64,000 bases of DNA from assembly GCA_963776915.1 (NCBI GenBank), contig CAVZPE010000008.1:321780-385779 (forward strand), written 5' to 3'. This DNA is from an uncultured Acidobacteriota bacterium (lineage in GTDB: Bacteria; Acidobacteriota; Thermoanaerobaculia; UBA5066). The stretch's first letter is position 1; each line of letters starts with the position of its first letter. This document shows positions 19,475 to 29,379 of the stretch, piece by piece. The position numbers and the translations under genes are program-made. The notes below the pieces were generated by a model, which saw only the letters and a list, made by a program, of their open reading frames with translations, did no database searches and was not told the origin of the DNA.

Positions 19475-22400
19475 TCACCTCACCGGCATCGCCGGCCGTT
19501 TCGGCCTGACCGGCGGGTTCTTCTTCAGCTCCTCCATGACGATCGCGATCGCCTTCTCGAGCTGCGGGTCGTGGCCCGCGATGACGTCGGCGGGCGTCTG
19601 CTCGACCTCGACGTCGGGCGGGACGCCGACGTTCTCGACGCCGAAGCCCTCCTCCGGCGTCCAGAAGCCGAGGTTCGGCGCGGTGACGACCGCGCCGTCC
19701 ATGAGCGTCGGGAAGCCGAGGATGCCGACGAGGCCGCCCCACGTGCGTTCGCCCACGAGCGTCCCGACCTTGAAGTGCCGGAACATCCACGGCAGGAGGT
19801 CCCCACCGGAGCCGGCCGTCTCGTCGATGAGCATGACCTTCGGCCCCTGGATCGACGCCGACGGCGTCTTGAGGTCTTCGCCGTAGCGCATCGCCCACCA
19901 GGCGATCGGCTGGCGGGTCAGCGCCTCGATGTAGTAGTCCGCGACGCTGCCGCCGCCGTTGAAGCGCTCGTCCACGATGATCGCGTCCTTCGCGGCCTGC
20001 GGGTAGAAGTAGCGCTTGAAGTACGTGTGGCCGAGGCCCGCCGTGTTCGGGACGTAGACGTACGCGACGCGCCCGCCCGTCGCCGCGTCGACCTTCCGGA
20101 GGTTCCCTTCCACCCAGTCGCGGTTGCGGAGCTGGGCCTCGCTCGGCACGGGGACCACCGGGACCGTGCGGGAGCCCCTGCCGTCGGGATGGGGGCCGAC
20201 CGTGAGGTCGACGATCGTCCCGGCCGTCCTCTCGAAGCGGGAGTAGAGGTTCTCGGGCGGCGCGAGATCCCTGCCGTTCACGGCGAGGAGATACTCGCCC
20301 GCCTTCACCTCGACGCCCGGCTCGGAGAGCGGCGCGCGAAGCTCGGGGTTCCAGTTCAGGCCGCCGAACACCTTCTTGAAGCGGTAGCGGCCGTTCGCGA
20401 CCTCGTAGTCCGCGCCGAGGAGGCCGCCCGGCACCGGGGGCACCTCGAGAAACGACTCGCCGGGCGTGTTGCGGTGGTGGCCGACCGAGAGCTCGCTGCA
20501 CATCCACTGGATGAGGCGGTTGAGGTCGCCGCGCGACGAGAGGGCCGGCAGGAACGCCGCGTACTTCGCCTTCAGCGCGGGCCAGTCGTGCCCGTGCATC
20601 TTCGGGTCGTAGAAGTAGTCGCGGTTCACGCGCCAGGCCTCGTCGAAGATCTCGGGCCACTCGGCGCGCGGGTCCACGCGCACCGCGATCGCGTCGAGCT
20701 TCAGCTTGCCGCCGTCGTCCTTCGCGTCCGACTTCGCGTCGACCTTCCGGGGAGACGAGGCGACGATGGACCACGACTCCTTTCGCAGCGGCTCTCGCGA
20801 CGACTCGTTCAGCTTGAAGAGGATCTTCTTCCCGTCGAAAGAGACGAAGTAGTCGTCGGCCTCGGGGACCACCGTCACGGTCTTGCGGTCCCTGAAGTCG
20901 AAGCGCTGGACGGACGTCTTGCCGTCCGCGTGCCTCTCGAAGAAGAGCTGGCCCGCGCCGCCGGCCTGCAGGTTCGAGATCTCGGCGGGGTGCACGGGCA
21001 GGTCGACGATGCGGAGGTTGAAGCCGTCGAAGTCGATGACGACGGGTTCGGGCTTCTTCGGGTGCATGCCGCGGTCGCCCTTGCCGTCCGTCCGTGCGGC
21101 TGCGTCAACGCCCTTGGAATCGGCGGGGTGGCCACCCTTGCCGCCCTTCGAAGAATCTTCTTTCTCTTCTTCTCTTTCGTCTTCCTTCTTCCCGTCCTTC
21201 GCCGCGGCCGCGCCCTTCTCCTCGTCGCTCTCTTTCGCGAGCGGCGAGGGCGTGCCCTTCTTCAGCGTCGCGACGTAGATCGCGTTCGTGGTGCGCGCGT
21301 CCGCGTTCTGCAGCGAGAACCAGTTGCGCTGCGGGCCCGCGTCCGTGGAGGCGAGGAAGTAGAGGAGCTTGCCGTCCCTGTCGAAGGCGGGGTCGGAGAC
21401 GTCCGAGAGGCCGTCCGTGAGGGGGAACGAGCGGTCCTCCTCGACGGAGTAGACCCAGGCCGTGCGGATGTACGTCGGGCCGGAGAGCGTGTACGCGACC
21501 CAGCGCGAGTCCGGCGACCAGGACCCGCGCAGCATCCGCTGGCGGACCGGCGCGTAGAGGCGCTCGGACGCGATCTTCTTCGAGGCGCCGCTCGCGACGT
21601 CGACGATCCACAGGGTGAGGGAGTTGTCCGTGAGGACGATCTTCTTCCCGTCGGGGGAGAACGCGAGCGCGTCGTAGAAGCCGGCGCCGGGGACGTTGAT
21701 CCTCTTCGCGGCGCCTCTTCCGTCCTGCGCCCTCACGACGATCCGGTTCTCGCCGCCTTCGTCCGAGACGTACGCGATCGACTTGCCGTCCGGCGACCAC
21801 GCGGGCGCCGTCTCGTGGACGGCCGTCGTCTCCGTGAGGTTCCGGGCGTCGCCCTTCTCGGCGGGCACGGTCACGATCTCGCCCCGGAACTCGAACGCGG
21901 CCCGGGCGCCGGAGGGGGAGAGGGCCGCGCCGCGGATCCATTTCGCGCCCTTCGCCCAGCGCGGGCGCGTCTCGAGGAGGTCGCCCGCGACGGTGATCGC
22001 GAGGTCGGTCGTCTTCTTCGAGGCGACGTCGTACAGGTGGAGCGTCCCGGCCTGCTCGAAGACGATCCGGCCCTCGGCCGCCGCCGCGTTCAGCACGGGG
22101 AAGTCCGAGTAGCGGGTGAGGGGAGAGAGAGAAAGAGATTTCTTCGACGGGTCATGTGCGTCGGCCGTCTGGTCGAGAACGTAGAGATTGAACTCGCCGT
22201 CGCGATCGGACCTGAGGTACAGAGTGTGGCCGAGCCAGACGGGGTCGACGTCGTTGCAGCGCGTCGCGGGCTGCGGGACCTTCACGACCGCGTGCGACGC
22301 GACGTCGTAGAGCCAGATCGTCGAGACGAGGCCGCCGCGGTAGCGCTTCCACTGCAGGTGCGCCGGGTTGTTCGGGTTGTAGGCGATGGTCCGGCCGTCC

Positions 22401-22891
22401 GGGGAGAAAACGGCGCGGGCGGCGTACGGGATCGGCAGCGCCGTCTCGAGGCCGCCTCCCACGGGCACGGTGTAGAGCTGCGCGTGGCGGTTGTTGACGG
22501 CGGCGCGCGGAGAGGTGAAGAGGACGGACTTCCCGTCGGGCGTGAAGTCCTGGACGACGTCGCGGCCGGGGTGCCACGTGAGGCGCTTCGGCACGCCGCC
22601 CGCGGCGGGGACGACGAAGACGTCGAGGTTGCCGTCCAGCTCGGCGCTGAACGCGAGGAGCGCGCCGTCGGGGCTGAAGGCGGGGCGCATCTTGACGCCG
22701 GGGCCGGACGTGATGCGCTCGACGCCGGAGCCGTCGAGGCGGCACGTCCAGACGTCGTTCCCGTACACGAACGCGATGCGGTCCTTCGAGAGCGCGGGGT
22801 CCGTGAGCATCTTCGACGGTCCGGCGGGATCCGCGAACCCGGGAGATGAGAGGAGGAGGCAAAGGCCGGCGGCGGCGAGACGCACGCGCAT
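19475..22891 (-). CDS. tricorn protease homologue (TolB-like beta-propellers + PDZ + S41 peptidase domain)
   Basis: 1138 aa, intact. The N-terminus has a signal peptide and repeated PxFSPDG propeller motifs. The C-terminal S41 core includes IIVDERFNGGGSVADYY and MLIDETAGSGGDLLP. Confidence 0.9.
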   Translation of the reverse strand: MRVRLAAAGLCLLLSSPGFADPAGPSKMLTDPALSKDRIAFVYGNDVWTCRLDGSGVERITSGPGVKMRPAFSPDGALLAFSAELDGNLDVFVVPAAGGVPKRLTWHPGRDVVQDFTPDGKSVLFTSPRAAVNNRHAQLYTVPVGGGLETALPIPYAARAVFSPDGRTIAYNPNNPAHLQWKRYRGGLVSTIWLYDVASHAVVKVPQPATRCNDVDPVWLGHTLYLRSDRDGEFNLYVLDQTADAHDPSKKSLSLSPLTRYSDFPVLNAAAAEGRIVFEQAGTLHLYDVASKKTTDLAITVAGDLLETRPRWAKGAKWIRGAALSPSGARAAFEFRGEIVTVPAEKGDARNLTETTAVHETAPAWSPDGKSIAYVSDEGGENRIVVRAQDGRGAAKRINVPGAGFYDALAFSPDGKKIVLTDNSLTLWIVDVASGASKKIASERLYAPVRQRMLRGSWSPDSRWVAYTLSGPTYIRTAWVYSVEEDRSFPLTDGLSDVSDPAFDRDGKLLYFLASTDAGPQRNWFSLQNADARTTNAIYVATLKKGTPSPLAKESDEEKGAAAAKDGKKEDEREEEKEDSSKGGKGGHPADSKGVDAAARTDGKGDRGMHPKKPEPVVIDFDGFNLRIVDLPVHPAEISNLQAGGAGQLFFERHADGKTSVQRFDFRDRKTVTVVPEADDYFVSFDGKKILFKLNESSREPLRKESWSIVASSPRKVDAKSDAKDDGGKLKLDAIAVRVDPRAEWPEIFDEAWRVNRDYFYDPKMHGHDWPALKAKYAAFLPALSSRGDLNRLIQWMCSELSVGHHRNTPGESFLEVPPVPGGLLGADYEVANGRYRFKKVFGGLNWNPELRAPLSEPGVEVKAGEYLLAVNGRDLAPPENLYSRFERTAGTIVDLTVGPHPDGRGSRTVPVVPVPSEAQLRNRDWVEGNLRKVDAATGGRVAYVYVPNTAGLGHTYFKRYFYPQAAKDAIIVDERFNGGGSVADYYIEALTRQPIAWWAMRYGEDLKTPSASIQGPKVMLIDETAGSGGDLLPWMFRHFKVGTLVGERTWGGLVGILGFPTLMDGAVVTAPNLGFWTPEEGFGVENVGVPPDVEVEQTPADVIAGHDPQLEKAIAIVMEELKKNPPVRPKRPAMPVR
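21145..21193. repeat. solo arm of the AT/purine-rich repeat family inside the tricorn gene
   Basis: The plus strand reads CCTTCGAAGAATCTTCTTTCTCTTCTTCTCTTTCGTCTTCCTTCTTCCC, against the copy 1 right arm CCTTCTAAGAAATCTTCTCTTCTCTTCTCCTTCGGTCTCTC. It is translated (minus strand) as KKEDEREEEKEDSSKGG with A/T-ending codons. Confidence 0.6.
22118..22150. repeat. solo arm of the AT/purine-rich repeat family inside the tricorn gene (opposite orientation)
   Basis: GAGGGGAGAGAGAGAAAGAGATTTCTTCGACGG, against the copy 1 left arm GAGAGAAAGAGGAAGATTTTCTTAGAAGG. It is translated (minus strand) as DPSKKSLSLSPL, the same PSKKS reading as the arms at 3341-3360 and 46410-46430. Confidence 0.5.
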
Positions 22892-23005
22892 GAGGACCCC
22901 TTTCGGAGGATTCGATCGCAGGACGGGATTCTGGCACGCGCCGCCCGTCGCGCCGCGGGAGCGTTCCGGGCCGCGCGGCGCTCCGCCGGCCGACGCCCTC
23001 CGGGC

Positions 23006-24571
23006 TCACATGGTCGCAGCGCCTCGCTCGTCTTCGACGCCGTTCGGACGCGACCCGGGTCCGTGGCCGTGCGCGGAGCCGGACTCCGCCTTCAGGTACG
23101 CGTTCTGGTCGTGCGACAGCGCGCCCTCCGGCAGCCATCGCCAGAACGGCCCGAGGTCCTTTCGGACCTGCTCGCGGTAGAAGTCCGGAAGCGCGTCCGT
23201 CGTCTGCGCGAAGAACGCCCTCGTGGGCCAGTCCGTGTCGAGGCGCCGCCGGAGCGCCGTGTAGTGCCGGATCCGCCCGAAGCCCTCGGACGACACCGCC
23301 CGCACGAGGTTCAGCCACTTCGGAACCGCGCGCCGCGTCGCGGCGAGACGGCGCGCGATCGCGCGCCACGAGAACGTGTACCTCGTCAGGTCGATCACGT
23401 GGTCGTAGAGCTCGCGCCACTCGTAGTTCTGGGGTCTCACGTTCATGGCGTGGTTGTTGTCGAGGAAATGGAAGGGGAACGGAAGGACGCGGTTCGCGGT
23501 CTGGTACTCGAGATTCAGGGGCGCGGCGCGTCCGAACGCCGACAGGAGCGAGTAGCCGGGGAACGCTCCGGGCGTCCTGTCGATGAAGCGCTTCGTCAGC
23601 TCGAAGGGCTCGGCGCCGGACTCGCCGTCGAGGCCGAGGACGAAGTTCGTCTGGACGTAGGGGATGTACCTCAGGATCGTGTTGACGTGCTCCGAGACCT
23701 GGTCGACCTTGTCGAGACCCTTCGTCCGGCCCGTCCGCGACTTGTTGCCGAGGTCGTACCAGGACTCCACGCCCGGAAGAACCGCCCCGAAGCCGTTGCG
23801 CCGCATCCTCTCGAGGTGCGGCTCGGTGAGGATCGAGAGGCTGCTCTCGGCGATGAAGTCGATGCTGTCCGGCGGCGCGGCCTCCTCGATCGCGTCCATG
23901 AAGTCGCCGAACCTGACGCCGAAGTTCGGGTCGTGCCAGCCGACGAGCGGCCGCGCGATCTTCTTCAGGAGGAACCTCAGGTCGTCCTTCAGGACCTCGA
24001 GGTCGAGCGGCTGGTACGGCACGACCGAGTCGATGCAGAAGCTGCACGTGTACGGGCAGCCCAGGCTGCCGAGCATCGGCACCATCCTGATGAGCGGCGC
24101 CTTCGCGAGCGTGGGCTCGATGAACTTCCAGCGCTCGCGGACTCCCGGGAGCGTGAGCGGCTGGCGCGGCGCCGCGAGGTGGAGGCCGTAGGGCCGGTGG
24201 GGGCCGCCGTCCCTCAGGACGTCCCGGATCACGGAAAGGTCCGTGAAGCCGAGCACGTAGTCGAAGTACTTCCGGGCGTCCTCGGGATAGCAGCGCGCGT
24301 GGGGCCCGCCGAGGACGGTCACGGCGCCGCGGGAGCGAAAGAGGTTGCTGAGCGCGTAGGCGAGGAGCGCGGCCTCCGTGAACGCGCAGACGAAGACGAG
24401 GTCGACGTCGGCGGGCAGCTCGTCCGCGAGGTTCTCGAAGCCCGTGTAGCAGACGTGCGTGACGTCGTGGCCCTCCGCCTCGCACCACACGGCGACGACC
24501 TGCGGCATGATGCTCGCGAGGTTCGCGTTCATCACCCGGGCATAGAGAGCCCGGGTGGGGCCCTTGGCCAC
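23006..24571 (-). CDS. B12-binding-domain radical SAM protein
   Basis: The CxxxCxxC motif appears as LGSLGCPYTCSFC. The N-terminal cobalamin-binding-like Rossmann segment reads VDLVFVCAFTEAALLAYALSNLFRSRGAVTVLGGPH. GTG start at 24571 (an internal ATG alternative, MNANL, is also possible). Confidence 0.8.
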   Translation of the reverse strand: MAKGPTRALYARVMNANLASIMPQVVAVWCEAEGHDVTHVCYTGFENLADELPADVDLVFVCAFTEAALLAYALSNLFRSRGAVTVLGGPHARCYPEDARKYFDYVLGFTDLSVIRDVLRDGGPHRPYGLHLAAPRQPLTLPGVRERWKFIEPTLAKAPLIRMVPMLGSLGCPYTCSFCIDSVVPYQPLDLEVLKDDLRFLLKKIARPLVGWHDPNFGVRFGDFMDAIEEAAPPDSIDFIAESSLSILTEPHLERMRRNGFGAVLPGVESWYDLGNKSRTGRTKGLDKVDQVSEHVNTILRYIPYVQTNFVLGLDGESGAEPFELTKRFIDRTPGAFPGYSLLSAFGRAAPLNLEYQTANRVLPFPFHFLDNNHAMNVRPQNYEWRELYDHVIDLTRYTFSWRAIARRLAATRRAVPKWLNLVRAVSSEGFGRIRHYTALRRRLDTDWPTRAFFAQTTDALPDFYREQVRKDLGPFWRWLPEGALSHDQNAYLKAESGSAHGHGPGSRPNGVEDERGAATM

Positions 24572-24684
24572 GAGGTCGACGATTCCGATCCGGAACTTAC
24601 GCAGGAAAGCCCCGCCGCAAAGGGCACTATACAGCCGCTAAGATCGAATCTCATCGCGCAGGAAAGTGAGGCAGGTTCTTCACG

Positions 24685-27600
24685 ATGAAACGTCCGCCCG
24701 TCCTCCCCCTCTTCGTCCTCCTCGCGGCCGCCGCGGCGGCCGCGGACGTCTCCGCGCAGCCGATCGACCCGAGCCTCTTCTCCGGCCTCGGCTGGCGCCT
24801 CGTCGGCCCGTTCCGCGGCGGGCGCGCGGTGACGGCGGCCGGCGTCCCCGGCGTGCCCGAGCGTTTCTACTTCGGCGCCGTCGGCGGAGGCGTCTGGCGC
24901 ACCGACAACGCCGGCCGCACGTGGGAGCCGATCTTCGACTGCGCAGCCCGTCGCGTCGATCGGGGCGATCGCGGTCGCGCCCTCCGATCCGAACGTCCTC
25001 TACGTGGGGTCGGGCGAGGCGGACATGCGCTCGGACATCTCCTACGGGAACGGGATGTACAAGTCGACGGACGGCGGGAAGACATGGACGCACATCGGCC
25101 TTTCGGACACCCGCCAGATCGGCCGGGTCCTCGTGGATCCGCGCGACCCGAACCTCGTCTTCGTGGCCGCGCTCGGGCACGGCTACGGGCCGAACGCCGA
25201 ACGCGGCGTCTTCCGCTCGAAGGACGGGGGGAAGAGCTGGGCGCGCGTCCTCTTCAGGGACGCGGACACGGGCGCGGTCGACCTCGATTTCGAGCCGGGC
25301 GACAGCCGCACGATCCTCGCCGCTCTCTGGCAGACGCGGCGCCCGCCCTGGAACGTCTATCCGCCCTCGAACGGACCCGGCAGCGGACTCTGGCGCTCGG
25401 AGGACGGCGGCGACACGTGGAAGCCGGTGACGGACGGCCTGCCGACCGAGAAGCCCGGGCGCATCCGCATCGCGTTCGCGCCGTCCGACCCGAAGCGCGT
25501 CTACGTCATCGCGGACGCGAAGGAGGGCGGGCTCTTCGTGTCCGGGGACGCGGGCGTCTCGTTCCGCCGCGTCTCGTCGGACCCGCGCATCTGGGGCCGG
25601 GGCTGGTACTTCTCCGGCGTGACGGTCGACCCGAGGGATCCCGACGTCGTCTACGCGTGCAACACGGCGATCTACCGGTCGACGGACGGGGGCAAGACGT
25701 TCCTGCCGTGGAAGGGTGCGCCGGGCGGCGACGACTACCACCGGCTCTGGATCGACCCGGCCGACGTGCGCCGCATGATCGTCGCGAGCGACCAGGGCAC
25801 GGTCGTCACCGTGGACGGCGGCCGCACGTGGAGCTCCTGGTACAACCAGCCGACCGCGCAGTTCTACCACGTGGCGACGGACGACCGGTTCCCGTACTGG
25901 ATCTACGGCGCCCAGCAGGACAGCGGCGCCGCGGCGACGCCCGTGCGCACCGATTACCGCTCGATCACGCAGCGCGACTGGAAGGAGATCGCGGCGGGAG
26001 GCGAGAACGGGTACATCGCGCCGGATCCCGCCGACCCCGACGTCGTCTGGGGCGGCGCCGTCACGCGCTTCCAGTGGAAGACCCTGCAGAACCAGAACGT
26101 CGACCCCACGCTCGCCGTCCCCGGCGAATACCGCGGCGAGTGGACGCTGCCTCTCGCGATCTCGACGAAGGGCCCGAAGACGGTCTGGTTCGGCAACCAG
26201 TTCCTCTGGAAGACGGTCGACGGCGGCCGGCACTGGGCGAAGGCGAGTCCCGACCTCACGCGCGAGGACGCCGGAATCCCGCCGAACCTCGACGCCGTGA
26301 CGGCCGACGATTCGGAGGTCAAGGGGCCGAGGCGGAGCGTGATCTACGCGATCGCGCCCTCGCCGCTCGAGGCGGGCCGGGTCTGGTGCGGCACGGACGA
26401 CGGTCTCGTCTGGGTGACGAGAGACGACGGCGCGCACTGGGAGAACGTGACTCCGAAGGCGCTCACGCCCTGGTCGAAGATCGGGATCCTCGAGGCCTCG
26501 CACTTCGACGCGGCCACGGCGTACGCCGCGGTCGACCGGCACCGGATCGACGACGTCGACCCCTACATCTACCGCACCCGCGACGGGGGGAAGAGCTGGA
26601 CGCCGATCGTGAAGGGGATTCCCGCGGGCAGCTACGTGAACGTCGTGCGCGAGGACCCGGTCCGCCGCGGCCTCCTCTACGCGGGAACCGAGACGGGCGT
26701 CTTCGTCTCGTTCGACGACGGCGGAGACTGGCAGCCGCTCCAGCTGAACCTGCCGAACTGCTCGATCCGCGACCTCGACGTCCGGCACGGCGACCTCGTC
26801 GCCGCGACGCACGGCCGGTCGTTCTGGGTGCTCGACGACGTCTCGCCGCTCCGCCAGGTCGACGCGGCGGCCGCCGCGCGGGACGTCTTCCTCTTCGCGC
26901 CGCGCGACGCCGTGCGCCTTCACCCCTCGGGGTTCCAGGGCACACCCGAGCCGAAGGACGAGCCGATGGCGGAGAACCCGCCGAACGGCGCCGTCCTCGA
27001 CTACGTCCTGAAGGCGGCCGCGCCCGGTCCGGTGGTCCTCGAGGTCCTCGACGCGAAAGGCGAGGTCGTCCGCCGGTTCGCGAGCGACGAGAAGCCGCGC
27101 CCGGCGGACCTCGCGCGGATCGTGACGACGCCGGACTGGGTCGCCACGTCCGGGCCGCCCCCGGCGGCGGCCGGGATGCACCGCTTCGTCTGGGATCTCC
27201 ACGAGACGTTCCCGAAGGAGCTCGCGACGCCCGGCTCGATGCGCGGCGCGAGCGGCCCGTGGGCTCCGCCGGGCCGCTACACCGTGCGCCTGACGGCCTC
27301 CGGACGGACGGTCACGCGCCCCCTCGTCGTCGTGAAGGACCCGCGGCTGCCCGCGTCGACGACCGACGCCGATCTCGTCCTCCAGAACGAGCTCGCCCGC
27401 GAGATCCAGGCCGAGCGTGTCCGGGTCGCGGCCGCGCAGAGGCAGGCGACCGACCTGAGGGCGCAGATCGCGGCGCGGCGCAAGGACTCGCCCGCGGCCG
27501 CCTCCGCGCTCGACGCGTTTTCGAAGGCCGTCGACGCCGCCGCGGGCCCGCCGGTCCGGACGCCTGTCGGGGAGTTCTACGAGACCGAGGAGGTCTCACC

Positions 27601-27820
27601 CACGGCGCTGCGCCGGCTCGCGACGTCGCTCGCCGGCCTTCAGTCCGCGGTCGAGAGCGCCGACGCCGCGCCGAGCCCGGACGCCCGGACCGGCCTCGCG
27701 GAGCGCCGGAAGATGGTCGAGGAGGGCCTCGCACGCTGGCGGGACGTCCTCACCTCCGGGAAGGCCAAGGCCGACGAGGCCCTCCGGCGCGCGGGGCTCG
27801 AGCCACTGGGCGGGAAGTGA
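24685..27820 (+). CDS. secreted BNR/Asp-box repeat protein (sortilin/VPS10-like, glycosyl-hydrolase-like), one frameshift near 24940
   Basis: A signal peptide is followed by GGGVWRTDNAGRTWEPIFD. Shifting the frame by one base gives AQPVASIGAIAVAPSDPNVLYVGSGEADMRS. There are repeated S/T-x-D-G-G-x-T/S-W motifs (KSTDGGKTW, RSKDGGKSW, RSEDGGDTW, RSTDGGKTF, VTVDGGRTW, TRDDGAHW, RTRDGGKSW, SFDDGGDW). Confidence 0.85.
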
Positions 27821-27838
27821 CGGCTCGTTCCGGGGGCG

Positions 27839-28300
27839 TCAGAGCGCGGGCAGACCGAGCGCCGGCTCGCGCGCCGGCGCGCCGGCGCCGGAAGCCACCG
27901 CCTCGAACGCGGCCCCGAGCGCGTCGGCCACGCGGCGCGCGTCCATCGTCTGGATCTCGCTTCGCCCGAGCATGAAGACGAGCCGGCCGTCGCGGACGAT
28001 CGCGATCGACGGCGACGATGGCGCATAGCCCGTGAAGTAGGACCGGGCGCGGGCCGTGGCGTCGACGTCGGCGCCGGCGAAGACGGTCAGGAGCCGGGCG
28101 GGCGCCTTCGGGTGCCGCGCGGCGAGAGCGACGCCGGGCCGGGCCTGGCCGGCCGCGCAGCCGCACACGGAGTTCACGACGACGAGGGCCGTGCCCTTCT
28201 CGCCGAGCGCGGCGTCCACGTCGTCGGCGTTACGGAGCTCGACGAAGCCGGCATCCGTCAGCTCGTCGCGGAGGGGCTGGATGGCGAGGGGGTCGTACAT
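27839..28300 (-). CDS. bacilliredoxin (BrxA/BrxB, YphP/YqiW family, DUF1094)
   Basis: ATG at 28300 (MYDPLAIQPLRDELTDAGF). The CGC redox motif appears as VVNSVCGCAAGQARP. Thioredoxin-like fold, about 150 aa. Confidence 0.8.
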   Translation of the reverse strand: MYDPLAIQPLRDELTDAGFVELRNADDVDAALGEKGTALVVVNSVCGCAAGQARPGVALAARHPKAPARLLTVFAGADVDATARARSYFTGYAPSSPSIAIVRDGRLVFMLGRSEIQTMDARRVADALGAAFEAVASGAGAPAREPALGLPAL

Positions 28301-28404
28301 GACGGGAGAATACGACAGTTGAGAATGTATCTCATCAAATCGCCTCGGGCGCGCGAACCGTCCGCGGGTCGCCGGTGCGCTAGCCTTCCGCGTGCGGAGG
28401 GCCC

Positions 28405-29259
28405 ATGCGCATGCGCGTTTCCGTCGCGACATTCGTCCTGACCGCCGCCTTGGCCTCCCGCGTGATGGCCGAACCGGAAACCGTCCACTTTCCAAGTGAG
28501 GACGGCAAGACCCGGCTCGTCGGTTATCTCTTCCGACCGTCCGGAGGCGGACGCCACGCCGCCCTCGTCCTCCTTCACGGGCGGGCGGGCCCGTACTCGT
28601 CGCTCGCCAGGGGGCGGTACGACGCCACGACGCTCTCGAAGAGGCACAGGGAGTGGGGAGAGCTGTGGGCGAGGCGCGGCTACGTGGCGCTCCTCGTCGA
28701 CAGCTTCGGGCCGCGCGGGTTCCCGAGGGGCTTCGGCCGCGGGAGCTATTCCGAGCGCCCCGCCGAGGTCAGCGAGCAGACGGTGCGGCCGCTCGACGCC
28801 TACGGCGGCCTGCGCTACCTGAGGTCGCGCTCCGACGTCGACCCGGCGCGCATCGGCGTTCAGGGCTGGTCGAACGGCGGCATGACCGTCCTCGTCACGA
28901 TGAGCGACAAGGCCCCCGGCATCCGGAATCCCACGCCCGAAACGGGCTTCCGGGCCGCGCTCGCGCTCTACCCCGGCTGCCGCATGGAGGCCGTCCGGGG
29001 CGACTACCGGCCGTACGCGCCGCTGACGATGCTCATCGCCGGCTCGGACGAGGAGGTCGACGCGGAGGCATGCGAAAAGTTCGCGAAGAAGGCCCGGAAA
29101 GGCGGCGCGGACGTGCACTACCACGTCTACCCGGGCGCGGAACACAACTTCGACGACCCGGGGAGGAAGAAGCAGGCGGTCCCGGCGAATGCGCAGGCCA
29201 CCGAGGACGCCATGCGCCGCGCGGAAGAGTTCTTCGGGGAGCAGCTGGGCGCGCGCTGA
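28405..29259 (+). CDS. dienelactone hydrolase family alpha/beta hydrolase with signal peptide
   Basis: VLLHGRAG, the nucleophile elbow GVQGWSNGG, and C-terminal YPGAEHNFDD. Confidence 0.8.
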   Translation: MRMRVSVATFVLTAALASRVMAEPETVHFPSEDGKTRLVGYLFRPSGGGRHAALVLLHGRAGPYSSLARGRYDATTLSKRHREWGELWARRGYVALLVDSFGPRGFPRGFGRGSYSERPAEVSEQTVRPLDAYGGLRYLRSRSDVDPARIGVQGWSNGGMTVLVTMSDKAPGIRNPTPETGFRAALALYPGCRMEAVRGDYRPYAPLTMLIAGSDEEVDAEACEKFAKKARKGGADVHYHVYPGAEHNFDDPGRKKQAVPANAQATEDAMRRAEEFFGEQLGAR

Positions 29260-29379
29260 CGCCGGGGAATCCAGGTCCGCACCGTGCCGCGCGCTCCGCG
29301 GAAAGGTGACGGCGGGTTTCCACGGAGCCGAAGTGGCGCGACCGGTCGGGTCCGCGATTTGCTTCGGAATCCGGGTGGA

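Noticed and set aside
28300-28404. GAGAAT direct repeats and AT-richer sequence between the bacilliredoxin and dienelactone hydrolase genes as defined promoters.
   Set aside because: -35/-10-like hexamers can be picked out, but their spacing is poor (20 nt). Without start-site data I cannot support a specific promoter call.
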